In this document: positions 52,517 to 62,356 of the stretch, piece by piece
Numbering within the stretch: position 1 is the first letter of the stretch
Layout of the letters: every line of letters begins with the position of its first letter
Source: Planctomycetota bacterium
GTDB taxonomy: Bacteria; Planctomycetota; Phycisphaerae; Phycisphaerales; SM1A02
Direction of reading: 5' to 3'
NCBI GenBank assembly: GCA_024226535.1
Contig: JAAELP010000193.1
Coordinates: forward strand, 2,706 to 66,705
DNA length: 64,000 nt
Notes under the pieces: generated by a model
The model's database searches: none
What the model was told of the DNA's origin: nothing
The model's input: only the letters and a program-made list of their open reading frames with translations
Translations under genes and position numbers: made by a program

Positions 52517-53155
52517 ATGGTCAACGAAGCAGCCGACGTCGCGGACCGAATCCACCACCGAGTGCGAACTCGCAACCGCGAACTGCTCCTCGAAGCGGCG
52601 CTCGAGATCGGCATGGGCGTCGTGTTCGCCGCGCTGACGTTCGGGTTCGTGTTCTGGATCTCGTTCCTGCCCGCGTTCTTCCTCGCGCCGTCCTTGGGCA
52701 TGAAGGGCTGGCAGGTCGCGTTGATCGTCACCGGCATCTTCGCGCTGGCCACGTCGTTTTCGGCGTGGCGACGCGTCGATCCGCTGGCGGAGCTGAACCC
52801 GCTCACCGAAGCGCAGATGCGGATGACGCTCATCAGCCTCGCCTCGCCCCACGTTCTCTACTTCAGTCCCCGCCATGCCACCGCCGGTGCCGCCCTCGTG
52901 CTGCTCGCGGGGCCGGTCGGCGTGTTCCGCGGGCTCGGCACGTGGGCCCACCGGCTGCGCAGCGACGCGGCGATGATCCGCGACGCCGCCTCGCTCCTCG
53001 GCAACGTCGCCAACGACGGCCTGCCCGCGGAGGACGTGCCCAATCCCGCCGCCGCGTTGCTGCTGAGACGCCTTGCCCTGCTGAAGGTCGTCGGGCATGA
53101 GCAGTCGGTGGTGCTTCTGTCCACCGAGAAGGGACGAGCGCTGCTCACCCCATGA
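52517..53155 (+). CDS. membrane protein, function unknown
   Basis: ATG 52517 inside track ORF 52307..53155; the upstream part reads through the repeat arm. Hydrophobic spans GMGVVFAALTFGFVFWISFLPAFFLAP, WQVALIVTGIFALATSF and AGAALVLLAGPVGVF. Confidence 0.55.
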   Translation: MVNEAADVADRIHHRVRTRNRELLLEAALEIGMGVVFAALTFGFVFWISFLPAFFLAPSLGMKGWQVALIVTGIFALATSFSAWRRVDPLAELNPLTEAQMRMTLISLASPHVLYFSPRHATAGAALVLLAGPVGVFRGLGTWAHRLRSDAAMIRDAASLLGNVANDGLPAEDVPNPAAALLLRRLALLKVVGHEQSVVLLSTEKGRALLTP

Positions 53156-53564
53156 GCAGCACCGTGATCGCGCCGACGAGGCCGACGACCAGCGTGATCA
53201 CCGCCACGATGAACGCGAGACGCGCCGCGGACGGAAGATGACCGAGCGGCGTCAGCGGGAGGTCGTCGGCGCGGCCCCCGACGTCGACCTCGTCCCAGTC
53301 GAGGTCCACGGTGTCTTCGTCATGGCGGGCGACGGTGGCTCGCGCGGTCTCGATGTCGGCGTAGCGCACCGAAACCGGCACCCCCGACGCGGGCGGGCGG
53401 AAGGCGACTCCCTCCGTCGGCGATGAACTGTCCATCACCACCGCCTCGATGCCGGCGCTCTCCAGCACCGCCACGAGCACGCCCGCCTCGAAACGCGTCT
53501 CCTCCGTGCGAAGCAGGACGAGGTCCTCCGGGCGCGGCTCGGGAAGCTCCTCCGGAACGGTCAC
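53145..53564 (-). CDS. DUF2007-like small protein with C-terminal membrane anchor
   Basis: GTG 53564 overlaps the upstream stop (GTGA). LVLLRTEETRFEAGVLVAVLESAGIEAVV resembles DUF2007. C-terminal TM LAFIVAVITLVVGLVGAITVLL. Confidence 0.55.
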   Translation of the reverse strand: MTVPEELPEPRPEDLVLLRTEETRFEAGVLVAVLESAGIEAVVMDSSSPTEGVAFRPPASGVPVSVRYADIETARATVARHDEDTVDLDWDEVDVGGRADDLPLTPLGHLPSAARLAFIVAVITLVVGLVGAITVLLMG

Positions 53565-54901
53565 GCGGGGTCTTCCCGCAGGCGCTCGATGAGCTGGCCC
53601 AGCGCCTCCAGATCGCTCGGCCCGTAGGCCCCGTAGGGCGTCACCACGCGCCAGTCGGAGATCGCGTCGCGCTCGATCCACTCGACGTCGCCCTTGCTCA
53701 GGCGCTTCACGGTGAGCGGCTGGTTCACCAGGCACGCCTCGACACGCTGGTCGTCGAACTGCGAGATCTCGAACCACAGGTGCTCGCGGCTGGAGGGATC
53801 GTCCTCGCTCGGGAAGCCGGCCTTCACCCCGAACCGGACCGGCACCGAGGTCCGCTCGCCGCCGCCGGCTTCGAACGCGGTCCGCAGATGCCCCCACTCG
53901 GCGCGGGCCATCCTCGCCTGCCGCTTGGTCGCGCGCTCCGTGAGGTAGACCCCCGCCTCGTCACGCGCCAGACTCTGCACGACCTCGATCGGGCAGACCC
54001 AGAGTTTTCGGTACGCGCCCTGCGGCTCGGCGGCGCAGATCACCGCCCGCGCGCCGGCGTGCTCCTCTTCCCGATCGGACATCCCGCCGGCGGCGCCGGG
54101 CGGTACGAACGGTGCGACGGCGTCCCACGGCTGGAGGCTCACGGCAAGGCCGGTGCCGATCTCGTACGGCGCGCCCGGCGCGGGAAGGGCGCCATCCAGC
54201 GAGAGCGCAGCCACGCCGTTGAGCAGATCCGCGGCCGCCTGGGCGAGGTCCGACGGCACCTCCAGCAGTTCCAGCTCCGGCGCGCCGCAGCGCCAGAGCC
54301 CGTGCGTGTGCAACCACACGGTGCGCTGCGCCGGCTTCGACCCGGGCACCGTCTCCACCGCCTCGATCGCCCAGAGCACCTCTGCCGGTGGATCCATCTC
54401 GCCGCACGAGAACAGCTCGTGCAGCGTGTCGCGCAGGTACCATCGCGTGGTGTTGATGTCGAGGACGGCCGACACGTCGGTCAGCGCGCACGCGAAGATC
54501 TGCATGAGGCGCCCGAACTCGCGGAGCGGGTCGGTCTCGTCGAGGATCGTCTCGGTACCGACGACCCACCCGCACCCGCGCGTCGCGGTCTCCGGGAGCG
54601 CATCGTCGGGATCGCGCGCGGGTTCGACCCAGAGCACGACCGGCGCGCCGATGCCGGGCACCGTGCACGCCACGCCCCAGGCGATGTCCGAGTCCTCCTC
54701 GGTCAGCTCCAGCTCCTCGATGATCTGCACTTCACCGCCGAAATGCTCGACGAGGAACCGAACGATCCGATCACGCTCCGGCGGCGTCTCCTCCGGCCAG
54801 AGCCCGACGAGGCTCGTCGGCTCCGGGACTTCGAGGTGCCAGGGATCGGCGTTCAGGGAGGACGCGGCGCCAGCGGTCGTCGCTGCGGGTTGATGGGCCA
54901 T
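53561..54901 (-). CDS. hypothetical protein with DUF2314-like C-terminal domain
   Basis: C-terminus EHLWFEISQFDDQRVEACLVNQPLTVKRLSKGDVEWIERDAISDWRV resembles DUF2314. Start at ATG 54901 (MAHQPAAT); alternative at 54961. Confidence 0.6.
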   Translation of the reverse strand: MAHQPAATTAGAASSLNADPWHLEVPEPTSLVGLWPEETPPERDRIVRFLVEHFGGEVQIIEELELTEEDSDIAWGVACTVPGIGAPVVLWVEPARDPDDALPETATRGCGWVVGTETILDETDPLREFGRLMQIFACALTDVSAVLDINTTRWYLRDTLHELFSCGEMDPPAEVLWAIEAVETVPGSKPAQRTVWLHTHGLWRCGAPELELLEVPSDLAQAAADLLNGVAALSLDGALPAPGAPYEIGTGLAVSLQPWDAVAPFVPPGAAGGMSDREEEHAGARAVICAAEPQGAYRKLWVCPIEVVQSLARDEAGVYLTERATKRQARMARAEWGHLRTAFEAGGGERTSVPVRFGVKAGFPSEDDPSSREHLWFEISQFDDQRVEACLVNQPLTVKRLSKGDVEWIERDAISDWRVVTPYGAYGPSDLEALGQLIERLREDPA

Positions 54902-54914
54902 GCGGCATGATATG

Positions 54915-55232
54915 TCAGCCGCAGCGGACGAGCAGAACGGGCAGGAGCACGGCGACCGCAAGCACGAGCAGCACGAGCAGCACGAGCGTGAGATGCCGAT
55001 CGGATCGATGCCGCCGATGCGCCAGGGCGGTGTCGAACTCCTCCTGCTCCCCGATGATCTCGGCGAGCACGTCCTGGAGGTCCGCCCAGTCCTCCGGCCT
55101 GACCTCGATTGCCAGCTCGTCGCGAACGCGCACGTCGAATTCCATCGCCTGGATGCTCGTGGCGAGGGTCGCGGCCTGCTCTGGATCGTCCGCGGTGTGC
55201 AACGTGCGCCACCGCTGATCGTCGGGCGTCAT
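54915..55232 (-). CDS. small tail-anchored protein, function unknown
   Basis: ATG 55232 inside track ORF 54915..55463. Soluble acidic N-terminal part, then TM LTLVLLVLLVLAVAVLLPVLLV. Confidence 0.45.
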   Translation of the reverse strand: MTPDDQRWRTLHTADDPEQAATLATSIQAMEFDVRVRDELAIEVRPEDWADLQDVLAEIIGEQEEFDTALAHRRHRSDRHLTLVLLVLLVLAVAVLLPVLLVRCG

Positions 55233-55312
55233 ACCCTGAGTATACGGACGGTTCGCGCAATCCCAAGAGAAACCCCTCCGTGGCCCTCCGTGACTCCCCG
55301 AAATGCAAGGTC

Positions 55313-55867
55313 CTACATCAGCGCAAACGACGCCACCTCGCGGTGCTCCGCGCCGGTGGGCAGCAGCACGCTGCGCATGAGCCGGACCTCCTCGACCGGG
55401 AACGCCGGCTCGTCGAGCGGGTCGTCGAGGGCGTCCATCCTCGCCGGCGCGCGGAAGCGGCACACCGTCAGATGCGGCAGGAAGCGATCGGCCGAGTCGC
55501 GGCGCGGGTCGTGAGCCAGACGCGTCACGAGACGGCGCTTCAACTCCATCAGCGACCCCGGCGCGTCCGTCTCGACCGCGACGAGACGCTTGGGACCACG
55601 ACGCGGAAGCGTGATGAGACGCAGCGGAACGAGCGACACGGCGCGGAGGCCGCTCACGGAGCGCTCGACGGACTCGATGATCTCGTCGACCTTCTTCGGC
55701 GGCATGTCGCCGATGAACTGCATCGTGAGGTGCACCTGCTCCGGCGTCGTCGTCCGGTGCGGCGGCAGGTCCTCGGGCAACCGGGCGAGGAGACGCGGGG
55801 CCACGGTCGCCGGCGGGTACACGGCGACGAACAGACGCACCGTCTTCCGTGGGCCGGTCTTCGTCAT
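55313..55867 (-). CDS. thpR: RNA 2',3'-cyclic phosphodiesterase (2H family, LigT/ThpR)
   Basis: Two H-x-T motifs, HLTMQF and HLTVCRF, at the expected spacing. ATG 55867 overlaps the ccsA stop (ATGA). Confidence 0.8.
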   Translation of the reverse strand: MTKTGPRKTVRLFVAVYPPATVAPRLLARLPEDLPPHRTTTPEQVHLTMQFIGDMPPKKVDEIIESVERSVSGLRAVSLVPLRLITLPRRGPKRLVAVETDAPGSLMELKRRLVTRLAHDPRRDSADRFLPHLTVCRFRAPARMDALDDPLDEPAFPVEEVRLMRSVLLPTGAEHREVASFALM

Positions 55868-57639
55868 GCGTAGCTGTGCAGGCCGGAGATCGTGAAGTTG
55901 ATGACGATCCAGTTGAAGAGCATCACGACACATCCCGCGATGGCGAGCAGCGCCGTCCACAGGCCCTTGTCGCGCACCTGGATCCGCGTGTGGACGAGCA
56001 GCAGGAAGATGATGAACGTGTTGAGGGCGAAGACCTCCTTCGGGTCCCACCCCCACGGCCGCCCCCAGGAGTGGTCGGCCCAGATCGCGCCCATCACGAT
56101 GCCCGCCCAGAGCAAGATGAAGGCAAGCTCGAGGACGATCATCGTCGTGCCGTCGAGGACCTGGCCGAACGTCGTACGGGGCCGGTCGAGCGCGGAGCCG
56201 CCCCCGGGGTTCGACATGATCAGCGATCCGGCGCCACCCACGCGAGCGTACTCGTCCCCGCCTCCGCCCTGGCCTCGGAGCGCCCCCGACGCGCGGTAGA
56301 CCAGGTACAGCACGGCGGAGATCGACGCTATGAAGATCAGCGCATAGCTGAAGATGATGATGTTCGTGTGGATGTAGAGCCAGACGTCGTGCAGGACGGG
56401 CATCGTGTTGTTGATGTCGGCGCTGATCTCCAGCGGCAGGAAGTGCGGCACCATCAAGGCGAACATCGAGGCCGCCGCGCTGCCGAGCGCCAGGAGCGAA
56501 CGCACCGGCGTGCGCCGCAGCAGCACTTCCAGGAGCAGCGCGAAGCAGCCGCCGAACCAGGCCGCGGTCGTGATCGCCTCGAACATGTTCGTGTTCGGCC
56601 ACCGCCCGGCCACGTACCAGCGCAGCAGGACCGCCACCGTGTGCAAGAAGAAGGCGACGACGAACATCCCGAGGCCCAGCCATCGCGCGCCTCGCCACCG
56701 GTACACGACGTGCAGGATCAGGGGGACCAGGGCGAGGCAATAGAGCATCCACACCCACGTCAGGTTGTTCATGACGAAGTACCGGCGCTCCCACCTGAGC
56801 TTCGCGGCGGCCGGGTAGAGCTCCTCGTTCACCCGCGGCAACAGGCGGGCGATCCGGGCGGCGGCGGCGTTCACGGTCATGGCGTCGCCGGCCCGCCAGG
56901 CTCCGATCAGCTCGTCCCACGCGCCGGTCAGGTCGCGTCGCAGCTCGCTGTCGGGGATCCCGGGAGCGGCGCCGAACTCGTCGAGCGTGAGCCACAGCTC
57001 GCTGAACGCTCCGGAGACGGGTGGCACCACGCGGAGGTTCGCGCGGAGCAGTCCGTGGTCCCTGGCGGCGAGCCCGGTCTCGATCATGCGCACGAAACGG
57101 GCACTCGTCATGAGGTTCGCGTCCAGCCGTCCGAGCAGCGCGACGACCTTCGCGTCCATGAGCATCGGCTCGGAGAGAAGGCCGGTTCGGCGGAAGCACT
57201 CCACACGCTCCTCGAGCTGCCCAATCATCTCGGTGGTCCGGGCGGCGCGCATCGCCTCGACTTGCTCGCGTATCGACGCCTCGAGCGTGTCGGCGATCTG
57301 CGCGCGGATGACCCGGCTCTTGACGTAGATGATGTCGGCATCGACGTACGCGTCAGGCCGGATCATGAGATCGAGATACGTGACCGTCGCCGGCTGGCCG
57401 CGGTAGGAGCGCGGGCCCGTGATGAGGCTCATCGTCTCGCGCGCGAACGACTCGAAGGTCTTCACCCGCCCGTCGCGGTACACGGCGATCGTGGCGAACG
57501 GCGTGAGGTCGAGCTTCGCGACGAACGCGTCGTGGTCGCGCTCCGCGGGAGCGGGCGGCGCGGCCGGAGCGGTCATCTGCGCGGGCGCGGCCGCCGCGAG
57601 CGCGAGCAGAGCGATCGCGATGGCGAGGGCACGGATCAT
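55864..57639 (-). CDS. ccsA: System II cytochrome c biogenesis protein CcsA/ResC with long N-terminal periplasmic extension
   Basis: Trp-rich heme-handling motif WADHSWGRPWGWDPKEVFAL. Multiple TM spans. Signal MIRALAIAIALLALAAAAPAQ. ATG 57639 overlaps the resB stop (ATGA). Confidence 0.85.
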   Translation of the reverse strand: MIRALAIAIALLALAAAAPAQMTAPAAPPAPAERDHDAFVAKLDLTPFATIAVYRDGRVKTFESFARETMSLITGPRSYRGQPATVTYLDLMIRPDAYVDADIIYVKSRVIRAQIADTLEASIREQVEAMRAARTTEMIGQLEERVECFRRTGLLSEPMLMDAKVVALLGRLDANLMTSARFVRMIETGLAARDHGLLRANLRVVPPVSGAFSELWLTLDEFGAAPGIPDSELRRDLTGAWDELIGAWRAGDAMTVNAAAARIARLLPRVNEELYPAAAKLRWERRYFVMNNLTWVWMLYCLALVPLILHVVYRWRGARWLGLGMFVVAFFLHTVAVLLRWYVAGRWPNTNMFEAITTAAWFGGCFALLLEVLLRRTPVRSLLALGSAAASMFALMVPHFLPLEISADINNTMPVLHDVWLYIHTNIIIFSYALIFIASISAVLYLVYRASGALRGQGGGGDEYARVGGAGSLIMSNPGGGSALDRPRTTFGQVLDGTTMIVLELAFILLWAGIVMGAIWADHSWGRPWGWDPKEVFALNTFIIFLLLVHTRIQVRDKGLWTALLAIAGCVVMLFNWIVINFTISGLHSYA

Positions 57640-59900
57640 GACGACTCCCCCGCGGCCACGGCGTCGTACACGCGGTCCTGACGGCGTCGCTTGATCACCG
57701 GCTTCACGTAGAACGCCCAGATCATGCCCAGCACGGAGAGGCAGCACCCCGCGAGTTGCACGAGCACGCCCTGCCGGTTCCCGACCCCGAGCACGGTGTA
57801 GTTGAGGCCGGGCGATCCCGGATCGTCGCGCCCACGCGACACCACCGGCGGATCCCAGAGGCTCTGGAAGAACCAGAAGCCGTCGCGCTCGCTCGGCGCG
57901 TTCACGCTGACCTCATCGAGGGCCGTCCACGAGTCGCCGTCCTGGAAGCGGATCACGCTCGTCCAGTCGCGGATGCTCGTGCTGGTCCCGGTGTACCCGC
58001 CGATGTGCGTGCTGACGCGGAAGTCGTCGAGGACCACCGGCGCGGGCAACGGATGGCGAGCCCGCGCGTACAGGATCTCGATCGCGCGACCATCGGGAAG
58101 CGGGACGACGGACGGACGGTAGAGGAAGCGCGCGAGCACGTCCTCCGGTCGATCGAACGCGTACCGGTGGAAGAGCAGCCAGCGCTTGTCGGCGCCGCCG
58201 GCGGTCGGCACGCTCACGCGCACCATGCGCATCGCGCCCATGAAGTCCATATCGCGGTCGCGCCGGGCGCGGGCGACGATCGTCGGCCGGGTCTCGGTGT
58301 AGCTGTGGGCGGTGAACTGGCGGACGGTCAGCGTGAGCCCGGGACGGATCGGGATCGGCGTGCCGATCTCCACGTCCTCGATCGCGGGGGCGCCGCGCGG
58401 GCCGGGCCGGATCAACCGAACGTCTTCATCGCCGGGACCGCCCACGATCGCGAACCCCGGGCGCGCCCCCGGTATGTACGTCACCTCGATGTTGTCGTCG
58501 ATCGAACGGCCCTGAGCGTGCTCGGCCAGACGTTCTCCCGGCGCGAGGTCGCGGGTGAGACGCGGATCGTCGAAGACCCACCGCGTGAACGTTCGCTCGC
58601 CGTTGGAGATCTCCAGGATCGCGACCGACATCGTGTGGTCCTCGATGGGGAGATCGTCCTGGAAGGACATCACGCGGTACGCGTACGAGGTTCCCTCGAT
58701 GGCGTTGAACGGCGCGCCGGTTCCGGTGGCGGTAATCGGCGCGTCGCGCGTGATGTCCTCGTCGGCGAGCCGGACGCGAAGCATGGGCGGGGCCACCGCG
58801 AGCATACTCTCGACCTGCGCCTCGTCGGACACCCAGTGCAGCGACAGGGCGCCGCGCAGGACCGAGTTGTTGCGCGGATCGAAAGCGATGAGCTGAATGT
58901 CCTGCTCGCGCCCGCGGTCGCCGGCGAGGCGCACGGAGACCGCCGGATCGAGCCGGTCGCCGCCCATCCGCCGCTCCGTCCTCAGGGAGGCGTAGCGCAG
59001 GTAGTCGGTGATGCGGATCGTCACGTCCGCGAGCGGATCGTCGGGGTCGACCGCGGGCACCTCGATGTCGAGCGGGCGCGGCGACGGAAGCTCGTCACCA
59101 TCCGACGCCCACACGGCATCGGGAAAGGCGATGTGGTCCTTGAACCGCGGAAGATCGTCGATGGGCCGCGCGTACCACGTGTCGGTGCCGGCTTCGCGAA
59201 CGTACAGCGCGGCGCTGCTCACGACGTAGAAGTGATCCCGGGGGGCGTACGCGAGCGAGAGCGACAGGTCCTCGGTGATCTGTGGGGCGCCGTCGATCAG
59301 GTCGCGGGTGTACGACCCGGCCGGGCTCCGCACGGCGACCGAGACCTTGTAGGCCCTCTTCCCCGCGTCGGCGCCGGAGAGAAGCTCCCACTCCGGCGAG
59401 ATCGAGGCGATTCGAAACGTCCACGCGTCGGCGCCGCTTCCGACGATCGTCGCGTTCCCCGGCGTCGCGACCATCGACGCCGGCTCGTGACCGGGCACCT
59501 CGATGAGCACCTGCCGCCGCGCGACCGGCACGTCGCCCTCGACCTTCGTGCCGAAGTACCAGACGCTGCCGAGCGCGAGCACGATGATCCCGGTGTGGAT
59601 CATCCACACGCCGAGGTTCACGAGGTTGAGCGGGACGCGCCGGATCGTGGCGACCACGAGGTTCACGCAGATCAAGGCGATGAGCAGGTCGAACGGCCAC
59701 CAGTGGAACCACTCGAACTCGCTGATCTCCATGAACTCGCGGACCGGGACCCACGCGTCGGGCCGAAGCAGGAACGGGTACTCGAGCATCCCCGGTCCGA
59801 TCGGCGCTCCGGCGGAGCCGATGGCCGAGTACACGAACAGCAGCGCGAGCAGGACGAGGCCCAGGCGAATGCTGCTGAAGAGATCGACCAGTCGGGCCAT
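57636..59900 (-). CDS. resB: System II cytochrome c biogenesis protein ResB/Ccs1 (enlarged periplasmic domain)
   Basis: MARLVDLFSSIRLGLVLLALLFVYSAIGS N-terminus typical of ResB. TM pair, then a large soluble domain, then a C-terminal TM VLVQLAGCCLSVLGMIWAFYV. Start at ATG 59900. Confidence 0.8.
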   Translation of the reverse strand: MARLVDLFSSIRLGLVLLALLFVYSAIGSAGAPIGPGMLEYPFLLRPDAWVPVREFMEISEFEWFHWWPFDLLIALICVNLVVATIRRVPLNLVNLGVWMIHTGIIVLALGSVWYFGTKVEGDVPVARRQVLIEVPGHEPASMVATPGNATIVGSGADAWTFRIASISPEWELLSGADAGKRAYKVSVAVRSPAGSYTRDLIDGAPQITEDLSLSLAYAPRDHFYVVSSAALYVREAGTDTWYARPIDDLPRFKDHIAFPDAVWASDGDELPSPRPLDIEVPAVDPDDPLADVTIRITDYLRYASLRTERRMGGDRLDPAVSVRLAGDRGREQDIQLIAFDPRNNSVLRGALSLHWVSDEAQVESMLAVAPPMLRVRLADEDITRDAPITATGTGAPFNAIEGTSYAYRVMSFQDDLPIEDHTMSVAILEISNGERTFTRWVFDDPRLTRDLAPGERLAEHAQGRSIDDNIEVTYIPGARPGFAIVGGPGDEDVRLIRPGPRGAPAIEDVEIGTPIPIRPGLTLTVRQFTAHSYTETRPTIVARARRDRDMDFMGAMRMVRVSVPTAGGADKRWLLFHRYAFDRPEDVLARFLYRPSVVPLPDGRAIEILYARARHPLPAPVVLDDFRVSTHIGGYTGTSTSIRDWTSVIRFQDGDSWTALDEVSVNAPSERDGFWFFQSLWDPPVVSRGRDDPGSPGLNYTVLGVGNRQGVLVQLAGCCLSVLGMIWAFYVKPVIKRRRQDRVYDAVAAGESS

Positions 59901-59943
59901 GGGCCCATCGTACGGCCTGTCCGGCGGAGCCGAGTTCCGTCGT

Positions 59944-61275
59944 TCAGCGGATCTGGATCGGGCCTTCCATCTGGAGCTTCCGGCGGCGCTCGATACGCAG
60001 GATGCGGATGGGGAGGATCGTCCCCGGCTCGACCCCGTCCAGCAGCCGGCCCAACTCCTCCACGGACGACACGTAGCGCCGGCCGATGGCGAGGAGGATG
60101 TCGCCTTCCACGACACCCGCCTCGGCCGCGGGACCGCCGGGCTGCACGCGGTCGATCCGAAGACCGGTCGTGCGGCGACGGCCCTCGAAGGCGACCAGCC
60201 GCACGCGCGCGCCGAGCTTTTCCTGCCCCAGCGCGACGCCGTCGGGGGCGGGCCGCGCCGCGAGCTCGAGACGCGCCTGGACCGTGCGCCCGCTGCGCCG
60301 AAGCGTGAGGTTCAGCGCGTCGGTCGGACGGCACGGGAGCAACGCGATGTCGAAGTCGATGCCTTCCCGCACCGGTTCGTCGTCGATCGCCAGCAGCACG
60401 TCGCCGGCGACGATTCCCGCCTCGTCGGCGGGTGAACCGTTCCGCACCTCGGTGACCCGCGGTTCGGCGAGGCTGTCCACGACCAGCCCGCTCACGATGC
60501 CGTTGCGCCGCTCGACGTCGAGCAGCTCGGGGAGCACCTCGCGGAGCTGGTCCACCGGGATCGCGAACCCGATGTTCTGTGCATCGCCCCGGATCGCGGA
60601 GTTGACGCCGATCAGCTCGCCGACCGCGTTCAGCAGCGGGCCTCCGGAGTTGCCGGGGTTGATGCTCGCGTCGGTCTGGATCAGGCCGCTGAACGTCAGG
60701 TCCCGTGAGACCTGGATGTCGCGTTCGCTCGCGCTCACGACCCCGGTCGTCACCGTCTGCTGGTACCCGAGCGGGTTGCCGATCGCGATCACGGTCTCGC
60801 CGACCATCAGATCGTTGCTCCGACCCAGCTCCAGCGTCGGCAGCGATTCGTCGGCGTCGATCTTGAGGATGGCGAGGTCCCGGCTCGCGTCGGAGGCGAT
60901 GATGCGAGCGTCGTAGACCCGGTCGTTCCCGAAGATCACCTTCCGCTCCGTCGTGCGAGCGACGACGTGGGCGTTGGTGACGATGTACCCGTCGGGGTGG
61001 ATCACGAAGCCGCTACCGACGCTGTGCACCCGCCGCTCGCGGGACCGCCGCTGCGGCATCTCGAAGAACTCGTCGAAGAAGCTGTCGAAGGGCGACCGGC
61101 TCCGGACGCTGACGATCTCCGTGGCCGAGATGCTGACCACGGCATCCCGGGCCTCCTCGAAGACCTCGACGACCGGCGTGCGCCGGAGCCTCCGGTCGGC
61201 GGCCTGGTCGGCGGCCACGGGGACGCCGGCGGTGGCGACGATCAGAACGGCGAGCATCACGTGGGACGTGCGCAT
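59944..61275 (-). CDS. htrA: HtrA/DegP-family periplasmic serine protease with two PDZ domains
   Basis: Catalytic triad contexts TNAHVV, RDLAILK and GNSGGPLLN. Two PDZ-like segments. Start at ATG 61275. Confidence 0.9.
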   Translation of the reverse strand: MRTSHVMLAVLIVATAGVPVAADQAADRRLRRTPVVEVFEEARDAVVSISATEIVSVRSRSPFDSFFDEFFEMPQRRSRERRVHSVGSGFVIHPDGYIVTNAHVVARTTERKVIFGNDRVYDARIIASDASRDLAILKIDADESLPTLELGRSNDLMVGETVIAIGNPLGYQQTVTTGVVSASERDIQVSRDLTFSGLIQTDASINPGNSGGPLLNAVGELIGVNSAIRGDAQNIGFAIPVDQLREVLPELLDVERRNGIVSGLVVDSLAEPRVTEVRNGSPADEAGIVAGDVLLAIDDEPVREGIDFDIALLPCRPTDALNLTLRRSGRTVQARLELAARPAPDGVALGQEKLGARVRLVAFEGRRRTTGLRIDRVQPGGPAAEAGVVEGDILLAIGRRYVSSVEELGRLLDGVEPGTILPIRILRIERRRKLQMEGPIQIR

Positions 61276-61414
61276 GTGGCCTCCTGGGCTGTGTTTCAGG
61301 GCCCCGTCGGTCAGATGCGCGGCGACGGCGGATCTGACGGGGTGGGATGATAGGGACCCGTCCGGGGGGCGGGGCATTCCGTGCGGGGCACGGACACGGA
61401 CGCGGGCACGGACC

Positions 61415-62275
61415 CTACTTCGAGTAGTCGAACACCCCACGCCCGGTCTTGTTGCCCAGGTGACCCGCCGCGACGAGTTGGCGGAGCAGCGGGCACGGGA
61501 AGTACTTTTCGCGGCCCAGCTCCCGGAACAGCACCATCATGATGTCGCGGCAGACGTCGAGGCCGATGAAGTCCGCGAGACGCAGCGGCCCCATCGGGAA
61601 GTTGCAGCCGAGCTTCATGATCTCGTCGATGTGCTCGGGCTCGGAGACGCCTTCCATCCAGGCGTAGAACGCTTCGTTGATCATCGGCATGAGCACGCGG
61701 TTGGAGACGAACCCCGCGCGGTCGTTCGCCGGCACCGGTGTCTTACCCATCCGCTCGGCGAGCGCGATCGTGCGCTGCACCGTCTCGTCGCTCGTGGCGA
61801 GACCGCGAATGACCTCCACGAGCTTCATGACCGGCACCGGGTTGAAGAAGTGCATGCCGATGACGCGGTACGCCTGGTCCTCGACCTCGGCGGCGATGTC
61901 GGTGATCGAGATCGACGACGTGTTCGTCGCGAGGACGACGTCGTCGCCGAACACCTCGAGCATCTGCAAGAAGATCTTCTTCTTGAGCACGATGTCCTCG
62001 GACGCGGCCTCCACGACCCAGTCGGCGTCCTTCGCGGCGCTCATCTCGGCGTCGTAGACGATCCGAGCGGCGGCCGCGTCCGCGTCCTCACGCGTCATCC
62101 GACCCTTCTCTACGCCACGGTCGAAGGTCTTGCGGTGATACGCGCGGGCACGATCGAGCTGCTCGGTGCTGACGTCGATCTGGAAGGCGTCGATACCGCT
62201 CGTGGCGGCGTTCATCGCGATCCCCGATCCCATCGTGCCCGCGCCGATCACGGCGATGCTTCGAACCTCGGCCAT
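61415..62275 (-). CDS. hbd: 3-hydroxybutyryl-CoA / 3-hydroxyacyl-CoA dehydrogenase
   Basis: IAVIGAGTMGSGIA Rossmann motif; ATNTSSISIT; GMHFFNPVPVMKLVEV; PMGPLRLADFIGLD. Start at ATG 62275. Confidence 0.9.
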   Translation of the reverse strand: MAEVRSIAVIGAGTMGSGIAMNAATSGIDAFQIDVSTEQLDRARAYHRKTFDRGVEKGRMTREDADAAAARIVYDAEMSAAKDADWVVEAASEDIVLKKKIFLQMLEVFGDDVVLATNTSSISITDIAAEVEDQAYRVIGMHFFNPVPVMKLVEVIRGLATSDETVQRTIALAERMGKTPVPANDRAGFVSNRVLMPMINEAFYAWMEGVSEPEHIDEIMKLGCNFPMGPLRLADFIGLDVCRDIMMVLFRELGREKYFPCPLLRQLVAAGHLGNKTGRGVFDYSK

Positions 62276-62306
62276 GGCGTCTCCTCCGCAAAAGAAAGGG
62301 AGACCG

Positions 62307-62335
62307 ACGATGCCAGAAGTGCGCGAAGGTGTCAA
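62307..62335 (-). promoter_or_regulatory. possible sigma70-like promoter for hbd
   Basis: The minus strand reads TTGACA (62335..62330), a 17-nt spacer, then CATCGT (62312..62307). The -35 is perfect but the -10 is weak, and promoter rules for this lineage are unknown to me. Confidence 0.25.
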
Positions 62336-62356
62336 CCGAGGGCGCGCCGAGCGCGC

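Noticed and set aside
61276-61414. Imperfect inverted repeat (GTCAGAT..ATCTGAC) and CACGGA-like short repeats between hbd and htrA
   Set aside because: The stems are short and interrupted, no U-tract follows, and the repeats are too few and too degenerate to call a feature.
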